In this document: one piece after another, positions 1 to 11,400 of the stretch | Numbering within the stretch: position 1 is the first letter of the stretch | Layout of the letters: every line of letters begins with the position of its first letter | Origin: an uncultured Bacilli bacterium | Lineage (GTDB): Bacteria; Bacillota_I; Bacilli_A; ML615J-28; CAG-698 | Direction: 5' to 3' | Length of the DNA stretch: 64,000 nucleotides | Assembly (NCBI GenBank): GCA_947627195.1 | Contig: CANQVC010000001.1 | Coordinates: forward strand, 99,671-163,670 | Notes under the pieces: generated by a model | Databases searched by the model: none | Told to the model about the DNA's origin: nothing | Seen by the model: only the letters and a program-made list of their open reading frames with translations | Program-made: the position numbers and the translations under genes

Positions 1-3000
1 GTTCATTAACTCTTGCAACTCTTAAAAATTCTGATTATACAACATCTAATTTATCAAAACAATTTAAATTAGGTGATGGTGAAGGTTCGTTTGTAAATTG
101 CTATAGTACAAATGTTGAATGGGATAAATTAGCATGGAATAGTCAAGATTGGGATACTACTAAAGATGTTCCAACATTAAAGACTTATCAATTAGAACAT
201 AATAAAGTAAAATTAACGGTTAAAGATCCTAAAGGTGGAGCTGATAAAGTAACAGAATATGAATATGGCTCACTTATATCTCAACTTCCTCCAGTAGAAG
301 GAGAAGCAGGTTATACATTTGTTGGCTATAAATTCAATGATTCAATATTTGATTTTTCAACACCTTTATATGGTGATATAGTTCTTACTCCATATTATGA
401 TTCATTTGAAAAAATGTTAGGTACATGGTATGAAGGTGAAGATCAATGGATTTCTATCAATGTAACGGAAAATAAAGAATTTGATATTAAAGCTTCTTTA
501 TTTACAGGTGAATATGATACAACAGGAAGCAATTTCCGTGTATTTAATATGCAATATGTAAGTTCTAGTTATGAAACTCTACCATATATGTATTATGATT
601 CATATGGAGATGGTTATTATAGTGGATATTATTATGATGGTATTGTAATTTATTTAAATGCTATATCAGATGTTCAAGGAGCAGAACCAGTTCAATATCG
701 AGTATATGTACAAAGAATTAAACAAGATACATTTGATATTGGTTTCTTAACAATCCAAATATTTGATAACGCTGAATGGGTTACTGACATTGATATGTTG
801 TTACCAAATAAATCGCCATATAGTGGTTATTATGTTAGTGATGATGGTTCAATTTTATATTTAAAATCACCTTATTTCCCTAACTTTAATAATTATAATC
901 AACAACCATTCTATGATGCGGCAACAGATCAAAATATTTTAGAATATAGTCCATTCATTGTATTTGGCTTAGAAGGATATAGTGATGGAACTATTGGCTT
1001 TACACTTGCTAATGATGGAAGTGCAATAGCATCATTTATAGCTGATACAAATGATCATTTACAAATCATTTCCTCAGTTTCCGAATCTGATTTCCCAGTA
1101 GGAAAAGAATATTTTGAATCATATGATTATTTAAATTCTCGTTGGTTTAATGAAGATCAAATGTTAGATGATTCATATGAAGCTGTTGATGATTTGAATT
1201 TAAAACCAAAAGATCCAATTCATGTATTTGAATATGAAAATCATAATCATGTCATTTATATGAATGTAAGTGAATCAAAGATTACTATTGATGGTCATAC
1301 ATATACATATACCGTATCAATAAATTCAGAAGGAGTAGAAGTATTATCATATACTGATAGTAACAACATCTCTCATCGTTTGTGGCCTGATTATCAAAGA
1401 AATGGTTATGAAGGTGTTGCCTTTAATGTAATTCATGAATATGATTATACACCAGATGGAGCAACACAGCCAGTCCCATTAAGAGAAACATGGACTAGAT
1501 TCCATAGCATTATGGTAAGTACATGGGTTGAAGATCAACCAGATTATTCTGAAGATATCGATCCAAGATTAGGAAACATAAATTTAAGACCATATGTAAT
1601 TGAAGTTAATGGTCAAGCATATGATTATGATTATGTTGACATTCTTAATAATGATGGTATCAAAGGAATGGAACAAACAATCTTTGAATATTTAAGATTT
1701 GTTATTGATGGAAAAACATATTATTTAAGAGAATATGATAGTATCGGTTGGACAATGTTCTACTTTGAAGATCCAAATAATCAAGGGCATATCTTAGACC
1801 AAGTGTATGTTAAAGAAAGCAGCTTTGAATATGATTATCGTACATATGAAGGCAATTGGATGACTGATTCTAATGATGGCATTAAAGAACTTCTAGTTAA
1901 GAATGAAGATCATACAATTAATGGTGTACCATTTGAATATGGCTGGCATGATCCAATTGAAGAAGATTATGTTTCTAATCCAAATGCTAATTATTATGAT
2001 TTTATTACTAAATTCGAAATTGACAACATTAAATATCAATTTAGAGCAGCATTTATTCGTCCTGGAATTGGCTATTTATATAAATATGATACTGATAGTG
2101 ATAAATATTTATATGTTGCTACATATTATAATCGTTCTATCTTAGACAATTTAATTGGAACATGGTATTATTATGATTATAATGGAAGAACTACAATTCA
2201 AGTAGGATTCGATGATGGTTATACAGTGCGTTACAATGGAAAAGTACAAAATCCATATTTAACTTATAATGGTTATAATTCATCTCCTGTTATTGCTTTT
2301 GATATCGATGATGGAGAAAAAGTAGAAAAATTACATTTAATTTATTCATACGAATATGGCTATGAATTAATGTATGTTTATGATTATAATAGTTATGATG
2401 CATATTATGATGAAGATGAAGGCGACTATACATATGGATATGGTACTGAGTATCTATATTTCAAATCAACAACAATTGATGCTGTTGTAAATCAAATGAG
2501 TGGAGTATGGACAGATGGTACAGTAACAGCAACAATTACAGGTGATGAAATAATAGTTTCTGAACCTGGATATGAAACAGCTCATTTATCAATAGCTTAT
2601 ATTTATGATTTACCAAGTGCATTTATGGATCAATATGTTATTATTATGGTTGGTATGGATGCATCAGGAAATGCAACACATATGTTATATTATTATAATT
2701 ATTATATGTCAGTAACTCATTTCCTTGATGATGAATCATCAACAGGATATAACCTAATTGATCGTGATGATATTATGGTATTTAGAGGTGAATTCGAAAC
2801 TTCTCATTTAAATGAAAATCATAATATTTCATTTGATGGTACAACATTATATATTGATGGTGAAGTTTGTGGATGCACAATGATGAGAGGATTACCAGAA
2901 CCTGAAGCTGTAGAATATACATATGAATATAGATATGCTACATCATTAGATGGAAAAACAGTTGTTCCTGTATTAACATTCAGTGGAATCATTGAATTAA

Positions 3001-3413
3001 ATATTGATGATTATACTGTTGTAATCCGTGAAGGTACTATATATTATGAAAATGGTACAATATCATTATATATTACTGATACAACATATAAAGTAACATC
3101 TGATCTTTATATTGGTGATGAAATTAGTATTGAAAACTTATTTGATAATGAAATATTCTATAATAGTGATATTATTCGTTATAATGGAATTTATGAATTT
3201 AGAAATACTAATGGTGAAACACAATATTTAGCATTAAATGATGGTGCTGTATTTGTAAATGGTGTATTATTAAATGATGCTGAAGTTACTACATTAGGTA
3301 GTGGTGCTTTACAAGTTGTATATGAATTAGATGGAGTTAAATATTATACAGTTATTAATATTGATCCATATGGTGAATTACTATATAAGACATATCAATT
3401 AATTGAAGCATAA
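1..3413 (+). CDS. Large surface protein, 5' end outside the window. Tyr/Asp-rich beta-type repeats and a Listeria-Bacteroides (Flg_new-like) repeat near the N-terminal part.
   Basis: The frame of the 414..3413 ORF stays open back to base 3 with no stop codons, so the gene starts upstream of the window. It carries the motif GYTFVGYKFNDSIFDF...YGDIVLTPYY (Flg_new-like). A stem-loop plus T-run terminator follows the stop. Confidence 0.6.
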   Translation, partial: SLTLATLKNSDYTTSNLSKQFKLGDGEGSFVNCYSTNVEWDKLAWNSQDWDTTKDVPTLKTYQLEHNKVKLTVKDPKGGADKVTEYEYGSLISQLPPVEGEAGYTFVGYKFNDSIFDFSTPLYGDIVLTPYYDSFEKMLGTWYEGEDQWISINVTENKEFDIKASLFTGEYDTTGSNFRVFNMQYVSSSYETLPYMYYDSYGDGYYSGYYYDGIVIYLNAISDVQGAEPVQYRVYVQRIKQDTFDIGFLTIQIFDNAEWVTDIDMLLPNKSPYSGYYVSDDGSILYLKSPYFPNFNNYNQQPFYDAATDQNILEYSPFIVFGLEGYSDGTIGFTLANDGSAIASFIADTNDHLQIISSVSESDFPVGKEYFESYDYLNSRWFNEDQMLDDSYEAVDDLNLKPKDPIHVFEYENHNHVIYMNVSESKITIDGHTYTYTVSINSEGVEVLSYTDSNNISHRLWPDYQRNGYEGVAFNVIHEYDYTPDGATQPVPLRETWTRFHSIMVSTWVEDQPDYSEDIDPRLGNINLRPYVIEVNGQAYDYDYVDILNNDGIKGMEQTIFEYLRFVIDGKTYYLREYDSIGWTMFYFEDPNNQGHILDQVYVKESSFEYDYRTYEGNWMTDSNDGIKELLVKNEDHTINGVPFEYGWHDPIEEDYVSNPNANYYDFITKFEIDNIKYQFRAAFIRPGIGYLYKYDTDSDKYLYVATYYNRSILDNLIGTWYYYDYNGRTTIQVGFDDGYTVRYNGKVQNPYLTYNGYNSSPVIAFDIDDGEKVEKLHLIYSYEYGYELMYVYDYNSYDAYYDEDEGDYTYGYGTEYLYFKSTTIDAVVNQMSGVWTDGTVTATITGDEIIVSEPGYETAHLSIAYIYDLPSAFMDQYVIIMVGMDASGNATHMLYYYNYYMSVTHFLDDESSTGYNLIDRDDIMVFRGEFETSHLNENHNISFDGTTLYIDGEVCGCTMMRGLPEPEAVEYTYEYRYATSLDGKTVVPVLTFSGIIELNIDDYTVVIREGTIYYENGTISLYITDTTYKVTSDLYIGDEISIENLFDNEIFYNSDIIRYNGIYEFRNTNGETQYLALNDGAVFVNGVLLNDAEVTTLGSGALQVVYELDGVKYYTVINIDPYGELLYKTYQLIEA

Positions 3414-3415
3414 AA

Positions 3416-3451
3416 GGAAGGTCTCTTTAAGAGACCTTTTTTCATGCAAAA
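3416..3451 (+). terminator. Rho-independent terminator
   Basis: aaggtctcttt-aa-gagacctttttt: a perfect 9-bp stem followed by a T-run, directly after the stop at 3413. Confidence 0.7.
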
Positions 3452-3653
3452 TATAATAATAGGAAATAATTGATTGTTAAAAGTAAAAAATCTAATTTTG
3501 TCTAAATCGTTTTCATTTGATTTTTTCCAAAAAAAGGGAGTTAAACGTTTTAATTTCATTGATTTTTAAAAAGAATTATGATAGAATATATTAAAATACC
3601 ATGATGAAAAAAGCACTAATATGGTATTTGTATATGTTCAGAAGGAGGAAAAA

Positions 3654-6600
3654 ATGAAAAAACTACAAAAATTTATTTTAGCTTTTTTACTATTGTGTTC
3701 TCTTGGACTTGTGCTAGCCGCATGTGAAGGAGACACAAAGACTATTTCCATTCAAACTTCGAATGTTGAAGTAGAAGTTAAAGATGCTGATAGTCTTGAT
3801 CTTAAAACGCTTTTTAAGATTACTGATGACGGTAAAGAAGTAGAAGTTACTGATGAAATGATTGACAAAGGTAATTACAAAGCTGAAATCGGTACTTATG
3901 AAGTAAAAGTTACCTACACTACTGAATCTGCTTCAAGTATAGTTAATGTAATTGCAAACAAAGAACCTGTGATTAAAAAACTAGACATTACTAGTAAAAA
4001 TATAGTTATTGAGCTTGCTCAAGCAGCAAATTATGATTTGAAGAGTTTATTTACAATCTCTGATGATGGAAACCAAATAACTGTAGAAGATAGTATGATT
4101 AATAATGGAGGTTATAAAGCTGAAGTTGGTAAATATGAAATAACTTTAACATATAACGAACATACTGCAAAAGCAACAATTGAAGTTGTTGAAAGCTTTG
4201 TAACAAACGTAGATATCGTTGGTAAAAACCAAGTTATTGAACTTAGTGCTGTTAATGACCTTGATTTAAAAACTTTATTTACAATTACTGAAAATGGTGT
4301 AAATGTTCCTGTAACTGATGCAATGATCAATAAAGGATCATTTAAAGCTGAAGTTGGAACTTACGAAATCACTTTAACATATGCTGATCATACAGCAAAA
4401 GCAACAGTAGAAATTGTTGATAAATTTGTTGTTGTACATGTTGTTGAAGTAACAGGTGTCAATCAAATTGTTGAAGTTGGTGCCATGAGCACATTTGATT
4501 ACACTACATTATTTGTTATCAAAGAAGATAACCAAAATGTAACAGTTAGAAATAATTGGATTACAAAAACTAATGTTAATGAAGAACAACCAGGAACTTA
4601 TGAAGTATCTATTAGTTATACATCTAATGATGTAACTTATACTGCAACAAGTAAATTAATAATTGTTGAAAATGATACTGTAGTAATTGCCGAATCTGAT
4701 GCATCAAATGATGTATTAGTTGGTTCTGAATCATTTGATTATAAAACATTATTTAAAATTTATGTTGGTTTAAATGAAGTAACAGTAACAGATGAAATGA
4801 TTGATGCTTCAAAAGTGGACTTAAACCATGTTGGCTTATATGATGTTGTCTTAAATTATGACCGTTTTGGTGAAGAATATACTAAAACAGTTAAATTAAA
4901 TGTATTCCCTGAAGTTGAAATTAAAACTCCATTAGGTGAATCAATTGAAGGAAGACATTATGGAGCTGGTCGTAATGAATTTGATCCAACTAAAATATTT
5001 GAAATTTATGTAGCTGGTGAACAAGTAGATGTTGAAGAAGATATGGTTGAAAGCAATGTTGAATTCTTTAGTGGCTATGCAAAAACTGGTGAATATTCAG
5101 CTACATTAACAATTAATGTTAATGGTGTTATTTATACAAAAACAATTGAATATAAACTTTGGTATTATGAAGTAGCATCTTCATTTAGTAAACCAGAAAC
5201 AGCAACATCAACATATTACTCTTCAGAATTATTAAAAGATGAAATTGACGTTGCTAATATGTATGGTGTTAGAGTAAATGGTAGTGCAGCTGGAAGTGAT
5301 TCATCAAATATCATTTTCTTACCTGAAGGAGCTGAAGCACCTGAAGAAGTACCAGAAGGAAAAACTGTTGTTTACTATAAAGAATCAAATGATATCGCAT
5401 TTGATGGAGAAACTAACAAAGCAGTTCCTGGAAAATATACTGGTTCAATTTCCTTTACTCTTGAAGATACAGATTATTCTCAAGATATAACAATTGTTAT
5501 TACTGATGATGTTAGATTTACTGCTTCCAATAAAGTTGTATTTGTTGGTGCAACAACTGTTGATTATACAAGTATGTTTACAAGTGGTACTGTATATGAT
5601 GAAACATATCAATATCATACTAGAACGGTTTATGCTAATGCAGATATGATTGATTCATCAAAAGTTAACTTAACTCAACCAGGTACATATGAAGTTATTT
5701 GTAATGGTGTATGGGAAAATAGTGATAAAACTGTTAAAAAAACAGGTACTGCTAAAGCAAATCTTATCGTATTAAGCGCTGAACCTGTTGGTGATTATGT
5801 ATGTACAAATTCTTCAACATTTAAAGTTTCAGTAAATGGTACAGCTGAAATGGGATATTCTAAATACACAATTACTGATTATGCTGATGGTGTATATACA
5901 TTAGGTACTAGCTATAAATTTACTATTACAAATGGTGTATTATTATTAGTAAGTCAAAGTGCAACTGTAATGCAAAGTAGCTGCTATACATTCTATAAAG
6001 CTGATGCATTTGATGGATATAATGTTGCAACAGGATATTTAAGTGGATCTGAAAAAATGGATGAAGTTGGTAATAAACAATATGTTATTACTGAACTTTA
6101 TAAAAATGATGAAAATGGTGATAAAGCCTCATCTGTATATTTCGTATTATGCCTTGACGTATATGAAGTAGTTCCAGGATATTATAGTGATACAGCATAT
6201 AAACATGCTAACTACTATGTTATCAGTGATGTAACTGGTGATTTATTTACTGAAAAGAAATATGCAACAATGACAGTAGATGAAGAAGAATTAGTATTCT
6301 ATTTCACTGCTGCTGGTACATTTACAGCTTATCCTAAAGATGAATTTGTTGAACCTGAAGAACCTGAGGCTCCAGTTGATCCAGTAGGTCCAGGCGAAGC
6401 AGAACCTGAAGTAGATAATGGCGTTGCTTATACTGGCTCTAATGGCACTATTACTTTATTCAAAGATGGAACAGCAACTGCTGAAGGTGATATAACTGAG
6501 AAGATTAATAAATATATGGAATCATATGATATTTATTATATCCAAATAGGTGAATATACTGTTCTATATTGGAAAAAAGATTATTCAAATTATAATTATT

Positions 6601-8153
6601 TAGTTGTTCAATTAACAGAAGGCGATTCTAATACATTCGTTGAAGCTGAAAGAGATGATAAAGCTCCTAATATTTATTCTGATTCTGGTGCTTATGTTTA
6701 TATTGATTTCTATGGATATGGAATTGCTATTATGAAACAAATAACTGTTTCTGATATGTCATTTGGTGCATACGAAGTTAATGGTAGTACAATTACAATA
6801 ACATATACACAAAATGATGTTGAATATCAAGCTGAATATGAATTTGCAAATGGTAATAATGAAATTCATTTAGTGGCTTGTGATACTGATCATTTCTATA
6901 CTTCAACAGATACATTAAAGTATAAAGGTGGAAAAGAAGTTGTTAATAATCGTTTAACAAAAGTAAATTCTGATGTTTTAAGATTACCTCAAAATGGTAA
7001 ATTTGACATTAATTCATTCTTTAAATTTGAAACAATGGTTGATGAAGCTGTTACTGCTGTTGAAATTACTGAAGAAATGTATAATATTTCTGGTCTAGAT
7101 ATGTCTACACCTGGATATTATGTATTCCAATTCAACTATACAACTGGTGGATTTGATTATTATTGTGAAAACACGGTATATATTTATGCAGCTCCTTATG
7201 CCAATCATCCATATGTTGGTACTTGGTGGTATGGTACACCTAGCTCATATGGCAGTGATAAATTAGAATTACATGATGATGGAACAATTAAATATGGTTA
7301 TAGTGATACAGGAACATGGACTGTTGATGAAGACGGAAATATTACATTAAATTGTAGCAAAGGTGAATTAGAAGCATTTGTTTATGGTGATGTAATGTTT
7401 ATTGCTGATTATTATTCTTCAACATCTAAGACTACATATAGACTTGCAGTTAATCCAAATAATGAACTTAACGAATATAAACAACTTTCTCTTTCATTTG
7501 CTGGAGAAGATAGAATATTAACAATGGTTACATTAAATGGAATTACAATGTTCTATTATTCTGAAGGAGAAAATTTCTATGGTCAAGTTTCTGTTAAATT
7601 TGATGCATTAGAATTTACAGATGCAAAAGAATTTATTGTTTCATTAGGTGAAGAAGAATTCATGCATGGAACAGCTAAGACATCTAGTAGTTTTGGCTTC
7701 AAGACTTATACAGGTGAAAAAGGAAAAATTACATTTGATGGATCTGGTGATGCAGATGTTGACGGAAAACTAGCTAAATATACAGTATCTAAGAGTGGTA
7801 ACTATAATGTAACTATAGATCAAGAAACATTTGTATTTAAACTGGATGATACTTCATCTACATATCAAGTTTTAACTCCAGATGCAGTTATTGGTAAATA
7901 TAGCAAAGGATCAAGATATTTTGATTTAGATGGCTTTGGTGGTGGTGAATTTTTTGCTGGATATTCTGAGCAAACAATTACATATACAGTTTCTGAAGAT
8001 GGAAAAACTGTAACAATTAATACGTATAGTTCATATACAGGTGATGTTGATGATACATTTGTATTTACAGTTAATTCTGATGGAAACTTAGTATGCTCTT
8101 CATCAACATATTCATATTATGTTACCGTAGGCGATGTATACATTAAGGAATAA
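3654..8153 (+). CDS. Giant surface lipoprotein (about 1499 aa) with at least 6 tandem Ig-like repeats of about 80 aa each
   Basis: The AAGGAGG RBS is 7 nt before the ATG at 3654; the track's ATG at 3621 has no RBS. The signal peptide MKKLQKFILAFLLLCSLGLVLAAC ends in a lipobox. The repeat DLKTLF.I.DDG.EV.VTD.MI..G.YKAEVGTYE..LTY recurs over about 3740-4920. A Pro/Glu-rich linker lies at about 6355-6415. Confidence 0.7.
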   Translation: MKKLQKFILAFLLLCSLGLVLAACEGDTKTISIQTSNVEVEVKDADSLDLKTLFKITDDGKEVEVTDEMIDKGNYKAEIGTYEVKVTYTTESASSIVNVIANKEPVIKKLDITSKNIVIELAQAANYDLKSLFTISDDGNQITVEDSMINNGGYKAEVGKYEITLTYNEHTAKATIEVVESFVTNVDIVGKNQVIELSAVNDLDLKTLFTITENGVNVPVTDAMINKGSFKAEVGTYEITLTYADHTAKATVEIVDKFVVVHVVEVTGVNQIVEVGAMSTFDYTTLFVIKEDNQNVTVRNNWITKTNVNEEQPGTYEVSISYTSNDVTYTATSKLIIVENDTVVIAESDASNDVLVGSESFDYKTLFKIYVGLNEVTVTDEMIDASKVDLNHVGLYDVVLNYDRFGEEYTKTVKLNVFPEVEIKTPLGESIEGRHYGAGRNEFDPTKIFEIYVAGEQVDVEEDMVESNVEFFSGYAKTGEYSATLTINVNGVIYTKTIEYKLWYYEVASSFSKPETATSTYYSSELLKDEIDVANMYGVRVNGSAAGSDSSNIIFLPEGAEAPEEVPEGKTVVYYKESNDIAFDGETNKAVPGKYTGSISFTLEDTDYSQDITIVITDDVRFTASNKVVFVGATTVDYTSMFTSGTVYDETYQYHTRTVYANADMIDSSKVNLTQPGTYEVICNGVWENSDKTVKKTGTAKANLIVLSAEPVGDYVCTNSSTFKVSVNGTAEMGYSKYTITDYADGVYTLGTSYKFTITNGVLLLVSQSATVMQSSCYTFYKADAFDGYNVATGYLSGSEKMDEVGNKQYVITELYKNDENGDKASSVYFVLCLDVYEVVPGYYSDTAYKHANYYVISDVTGDLFTEKKYATMTVDEEELVFYFTAAGTFTAYPKDEFVEPEEPEAPVDPVGPGEAEPEVDNGVAYTGSNGTITLFKDGTATAEGDITEKINKYMESYDIYYIQIGEYTVLYWKKDYSNYNYLVVQLTEGDSNTFVEAERDDKAPNIYSDSGAYVYIDFYGYGIAIMKQITVSDMSFGAYEVNGSTITITYTQNDVEYQAEYEFANGNNEIHLVACDTDHFYTSTDTLKYKGGKEVVNNRLTKVNSDVLRLPQNGKFDINSFFKFETMVDEAVTAVEITEEMYNISGLDMSTPGYYVFQFNYTTGGFDYYCENTVYIYAAPYANHPYVGTWWYGTPSSYGSDKLELHDDGTIKYGYSDTGTWTVDEDGNITLNCSKGELEAFVYGDVMFIADYYSSTSKTTYRLAVNPNNELNEYKQLSLSFAGEDRILTMVTLNGITMFYYSEGENFYGQVSVKFDALEFTDAKEFIVSLGEEEFMHGTAKTSSSFGFKTYTGEKGKITFDGSGDADVDGKLAKYTVSKSGNYNVTIDQETFVFKLDDTSSTYQVLTPDAVIGKYSKGSRYFDLDGFGGGEFFAGYSEQTITYTVSEDGKTVTINTYSSYTGDVDDTFVFTVNSDGNLVCSSSTYSYYVTVGDVYIKE

Positions 8154-8402
8154 TAATTATAAAATAATTATTTGATGTGATTATAATAATATTATTTTTT
8201 AAATATTATTTATTATATGATTTGATGAAAAAATAGACCAAACATTGAGCATTTCTTGTTGAAAAATGGGAAGTGCTCATTGTTGCGGTTTATTGATCTT
8301 GCTTTTTAATCTTTTTAACATAAATTTAAGTAAACTTTAATCATTAAGTATTATAATTTATTTAGATTTGTGCTAAAAAATAGTATATAAAGGAGTATAA
8401 AT

Positions 8403-11400
8403 ATGAAGAAAAAATTTAAACGTATTATGGTGTTATTGTGCGCAATCCTTGTTTTCTTAACAGGTTGTAGTGTATCTGATGAACAAAAAGATGTAGAACA
8501 AAATAATCAACATATTACTCATTTAAATTTACAACAAGCTGATTTAATATCACAAGTAACAGATAATGTGAAATATCTAAATCCTGATTTACTTTATGAT
8601 ATTGAGGGACTAGATGATGATGATGAAATCAGTATTATTGTAACAATGAGTAATGAAGGATTAGCTGATGATTACTTTGAAAATTCATTAGGCTTTGAAT
8701 CGGTATCTGATTATACTAAAAGTAGTGTTGCGAAAATTGATGCAAATCAAATGTTGAAAGAGCAAAAAGAATTAGCAAACAAATTAGTAAACAAAGGTTT
8801 AATTTTTTCTAGTAAACATTCATATGTAACATTATTCAATGGCTTTTCCGCAACTACAACATTTGCTAATTATAAAAAATTAGTAAAAATGGGAATTGCT
8901 GAAAAAGTTTCAATATCTGAAGTATATGCAGCACCACAAGCGACTAGTAGCACTGGATATACAGCTGTTGAAAACTTAGTTGATGTTTATGAAACAGGAA
9001 TTTTTAATTCTTCAAGTGTTGAATATGATGGCGAAAATACAGCAGTAGCTATATTAGATTCAGGATTTGATATCCATCATACAGTATTCCAAAATATGCC
9101 TCAACATCCAATGATTACAAAAGAAGATGTTAGCAAAGTATTAAATACCACAAAAGCAAGTACATTCACATCAGGAATGAAAGTAGAAGATGTTTATGTA
9201 AATGCTAAAATACCTTATGCATATGATTATGCTGATAAAGATCCTGATGTAGCCCCATTTGATTCCGAACATGGAACACATGTTGCTGGTATCATAGGTG
9301 GTAAAGACGATGTCATTACAGGTGTTGCTATTAATACACAATTAGTATTAATGAAAGTATTTGGTGACTTAGTAACAGGAGCTAAAGAAGAAGATATTCT
9401 AGCAGCTCTTGAAGATTCTGTTACATTAGGTGTTGATGCAATTAATATGTCATTAGGATTTTCTTGTGGATTCTCTTATTTAGAAGATAATGATTATTTA
9501 AATTCAGTTTATAACAAAATAGAAGAAGCAGGTATTTCTTTAATTGTTGCCGCAAGTAATGATTATAGTTCTGCTTATGGTGGAGAAGAAAGCAATACTA
9601 GTAAAGTTACAAATCCTGATTCAGCAACAGTTGGTTCACCATCAACATATTATGCAGCATTATCTGTAGCTTCAATTAGTGGTGAAAAGAGTCGTTATAT
9701 TAAAGCAAATGATGGATATGTATTCTATTTCAACGAAGCAAATAATGCATCTGCTTTGCCATATGATTTTGTTGGTATGTTAAACTTACCAGAAAATAAA
9801 GATGTAACATATGATTATGTAACAGTACCAGGATATGGTAAAAAGATAAATTATTCAAATATCGATGTTAATGGAAAAGTTGCTTTAGTTAAACGTGGTG
9901 ATATTAACTTTGAAGAAAAAGCAAGAATTGCTTATGAAGAAGGAGCAGTAGCTTGTATTGTATATAACAATATTGGTGGAGATATTTTAATGTCAGCAGG
10001 AAATGATTTAAAAATACCTCTATGTTCAATATCTAAAGATGATGGTGAATATTTAGCTAGTAAAAATACTGGAACATTAACATTTAATTCAACATTCCTT
10101 GCTGGTCCATTTATGTCAGACTTCTCAAGTTGGGGACCAAATCCTGATTTAACATTAAAACCTGAGATTACAGCTCATGGTGGTAATATTAAATCATCAA
10201 TCCCTGGTGGTGGATATGATAAATTATCTGGTACATCAATGGCATGTCCAAATATGTGTGGAATTATTGTTTTAATTCGTCAATATGTAAAAGAAAAATT
10301 CCCACAATTATCTACACCAGAAATGGCAAGATTAACTAACAATTTATTAATGTCTTCAGCAACTATTGCCCTAGATCAAGCAGGTAATCCATATTCACCT
10401 CGTAAACAAGGTGCTGGACTTGCTAGTTTATTTAATGCAGTTAATACTAATGCATATTTAACAGTTGATGGATCTGATAGAGCTAAAATTGAATTAGGTG
10501 ATGATCCTAATAAATTAGGTGTTTATACATTAAAATTCACAATTAACAATGTTAGTGATAAACCATTATCATATGATCTAACAAATTATACAATGACTGA
10601 AAGTGTATCAACATCTGATCCAAGATATGTTGCGGAAAAGAGTTATATGTTAAACCCTGCTACATCATTTAATGTAACAGGTGATGGAACTAAAAATGGT
10701 AATACAATTACAATTAATGCTAATGGAAAAGTAAACGTTGAATATACATTAACATTAAATGAAAGTGAAAAACGTTACATTCGTACATCTTTCCCTAATG
10801 GAATGTATGTTGAAGGATTTGCTAAATTAATATCTAAAAATGAAGATAAAATTGATTTATCAATTCCATTCTTAGCGTTCTTTGGTGATTGGACTAGTGC
10901 ACCAATGTTTGATAAAACATTTTATGAAGTTGAAGCTGAAGCTCATGATGCTTCAATAAATGATGAAGATAAATTAAAAGCAGATTATTATGCTACAACA
11001 CCTCTTGGTACTTATTATTACAATTATATTATTCCTCTTGGCTCTTATGTTTATGTAATGGATGAAACAATGTATGATCCAATTCCAGCAACAGAAGAAC
11101 ATGCCGCATTAGGTTATAATGATGATTCAATTAATGGAATTACAACAATATATGCTGGTTTATTACGTAATGCCAAGAAAATGACAACAACAATTAAAAA
11201 CACATTAACAGGTGAAGTTGTCTATGAACATGTAAATTATAACCAATTTAAAGCCCATTATAGTGGTGGACAAATTCCAAGTTATGATTTAATCTATTTA
11301 ACAATCCAAGAATTAGGATTAGCTAATAATACTAATTATACATTAACAATGCAAGCTGAATTACCTTATGGTGATGGAGGTCTTGCTAACAATCAAAGAA

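Noticed and set aside
1903-2145. 80-aa + strand ORF in a different frame inside the first surface-protein gene
   Set aside because: Entirely internal to a long, well-supported ORF. Hydrophobic low-complexity translation typical of an AT-rich off-frame. No RBS.
4112-4330. 72-aa minus-strand ORF inside the Ig-repeat lipoprotein gene
   Set aside because: Antisense to a strong CDS. No RBS.
5278-5490. 70-aa + strand ORF in a different frame inside the Ig-repeat lipoprotein gene
   Set aside because: Internal to a long, well-supported CDS. No RBS.
8154-8402. Hairpin acattgagca...tgctca(t)tgtt after the 1499-aa lipoprotein gene, considered as a terminator or small RNA
   Set aside because: Loop of about 22 nt, imperfect stem and no U-tract immediately following. 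Too weak to call.
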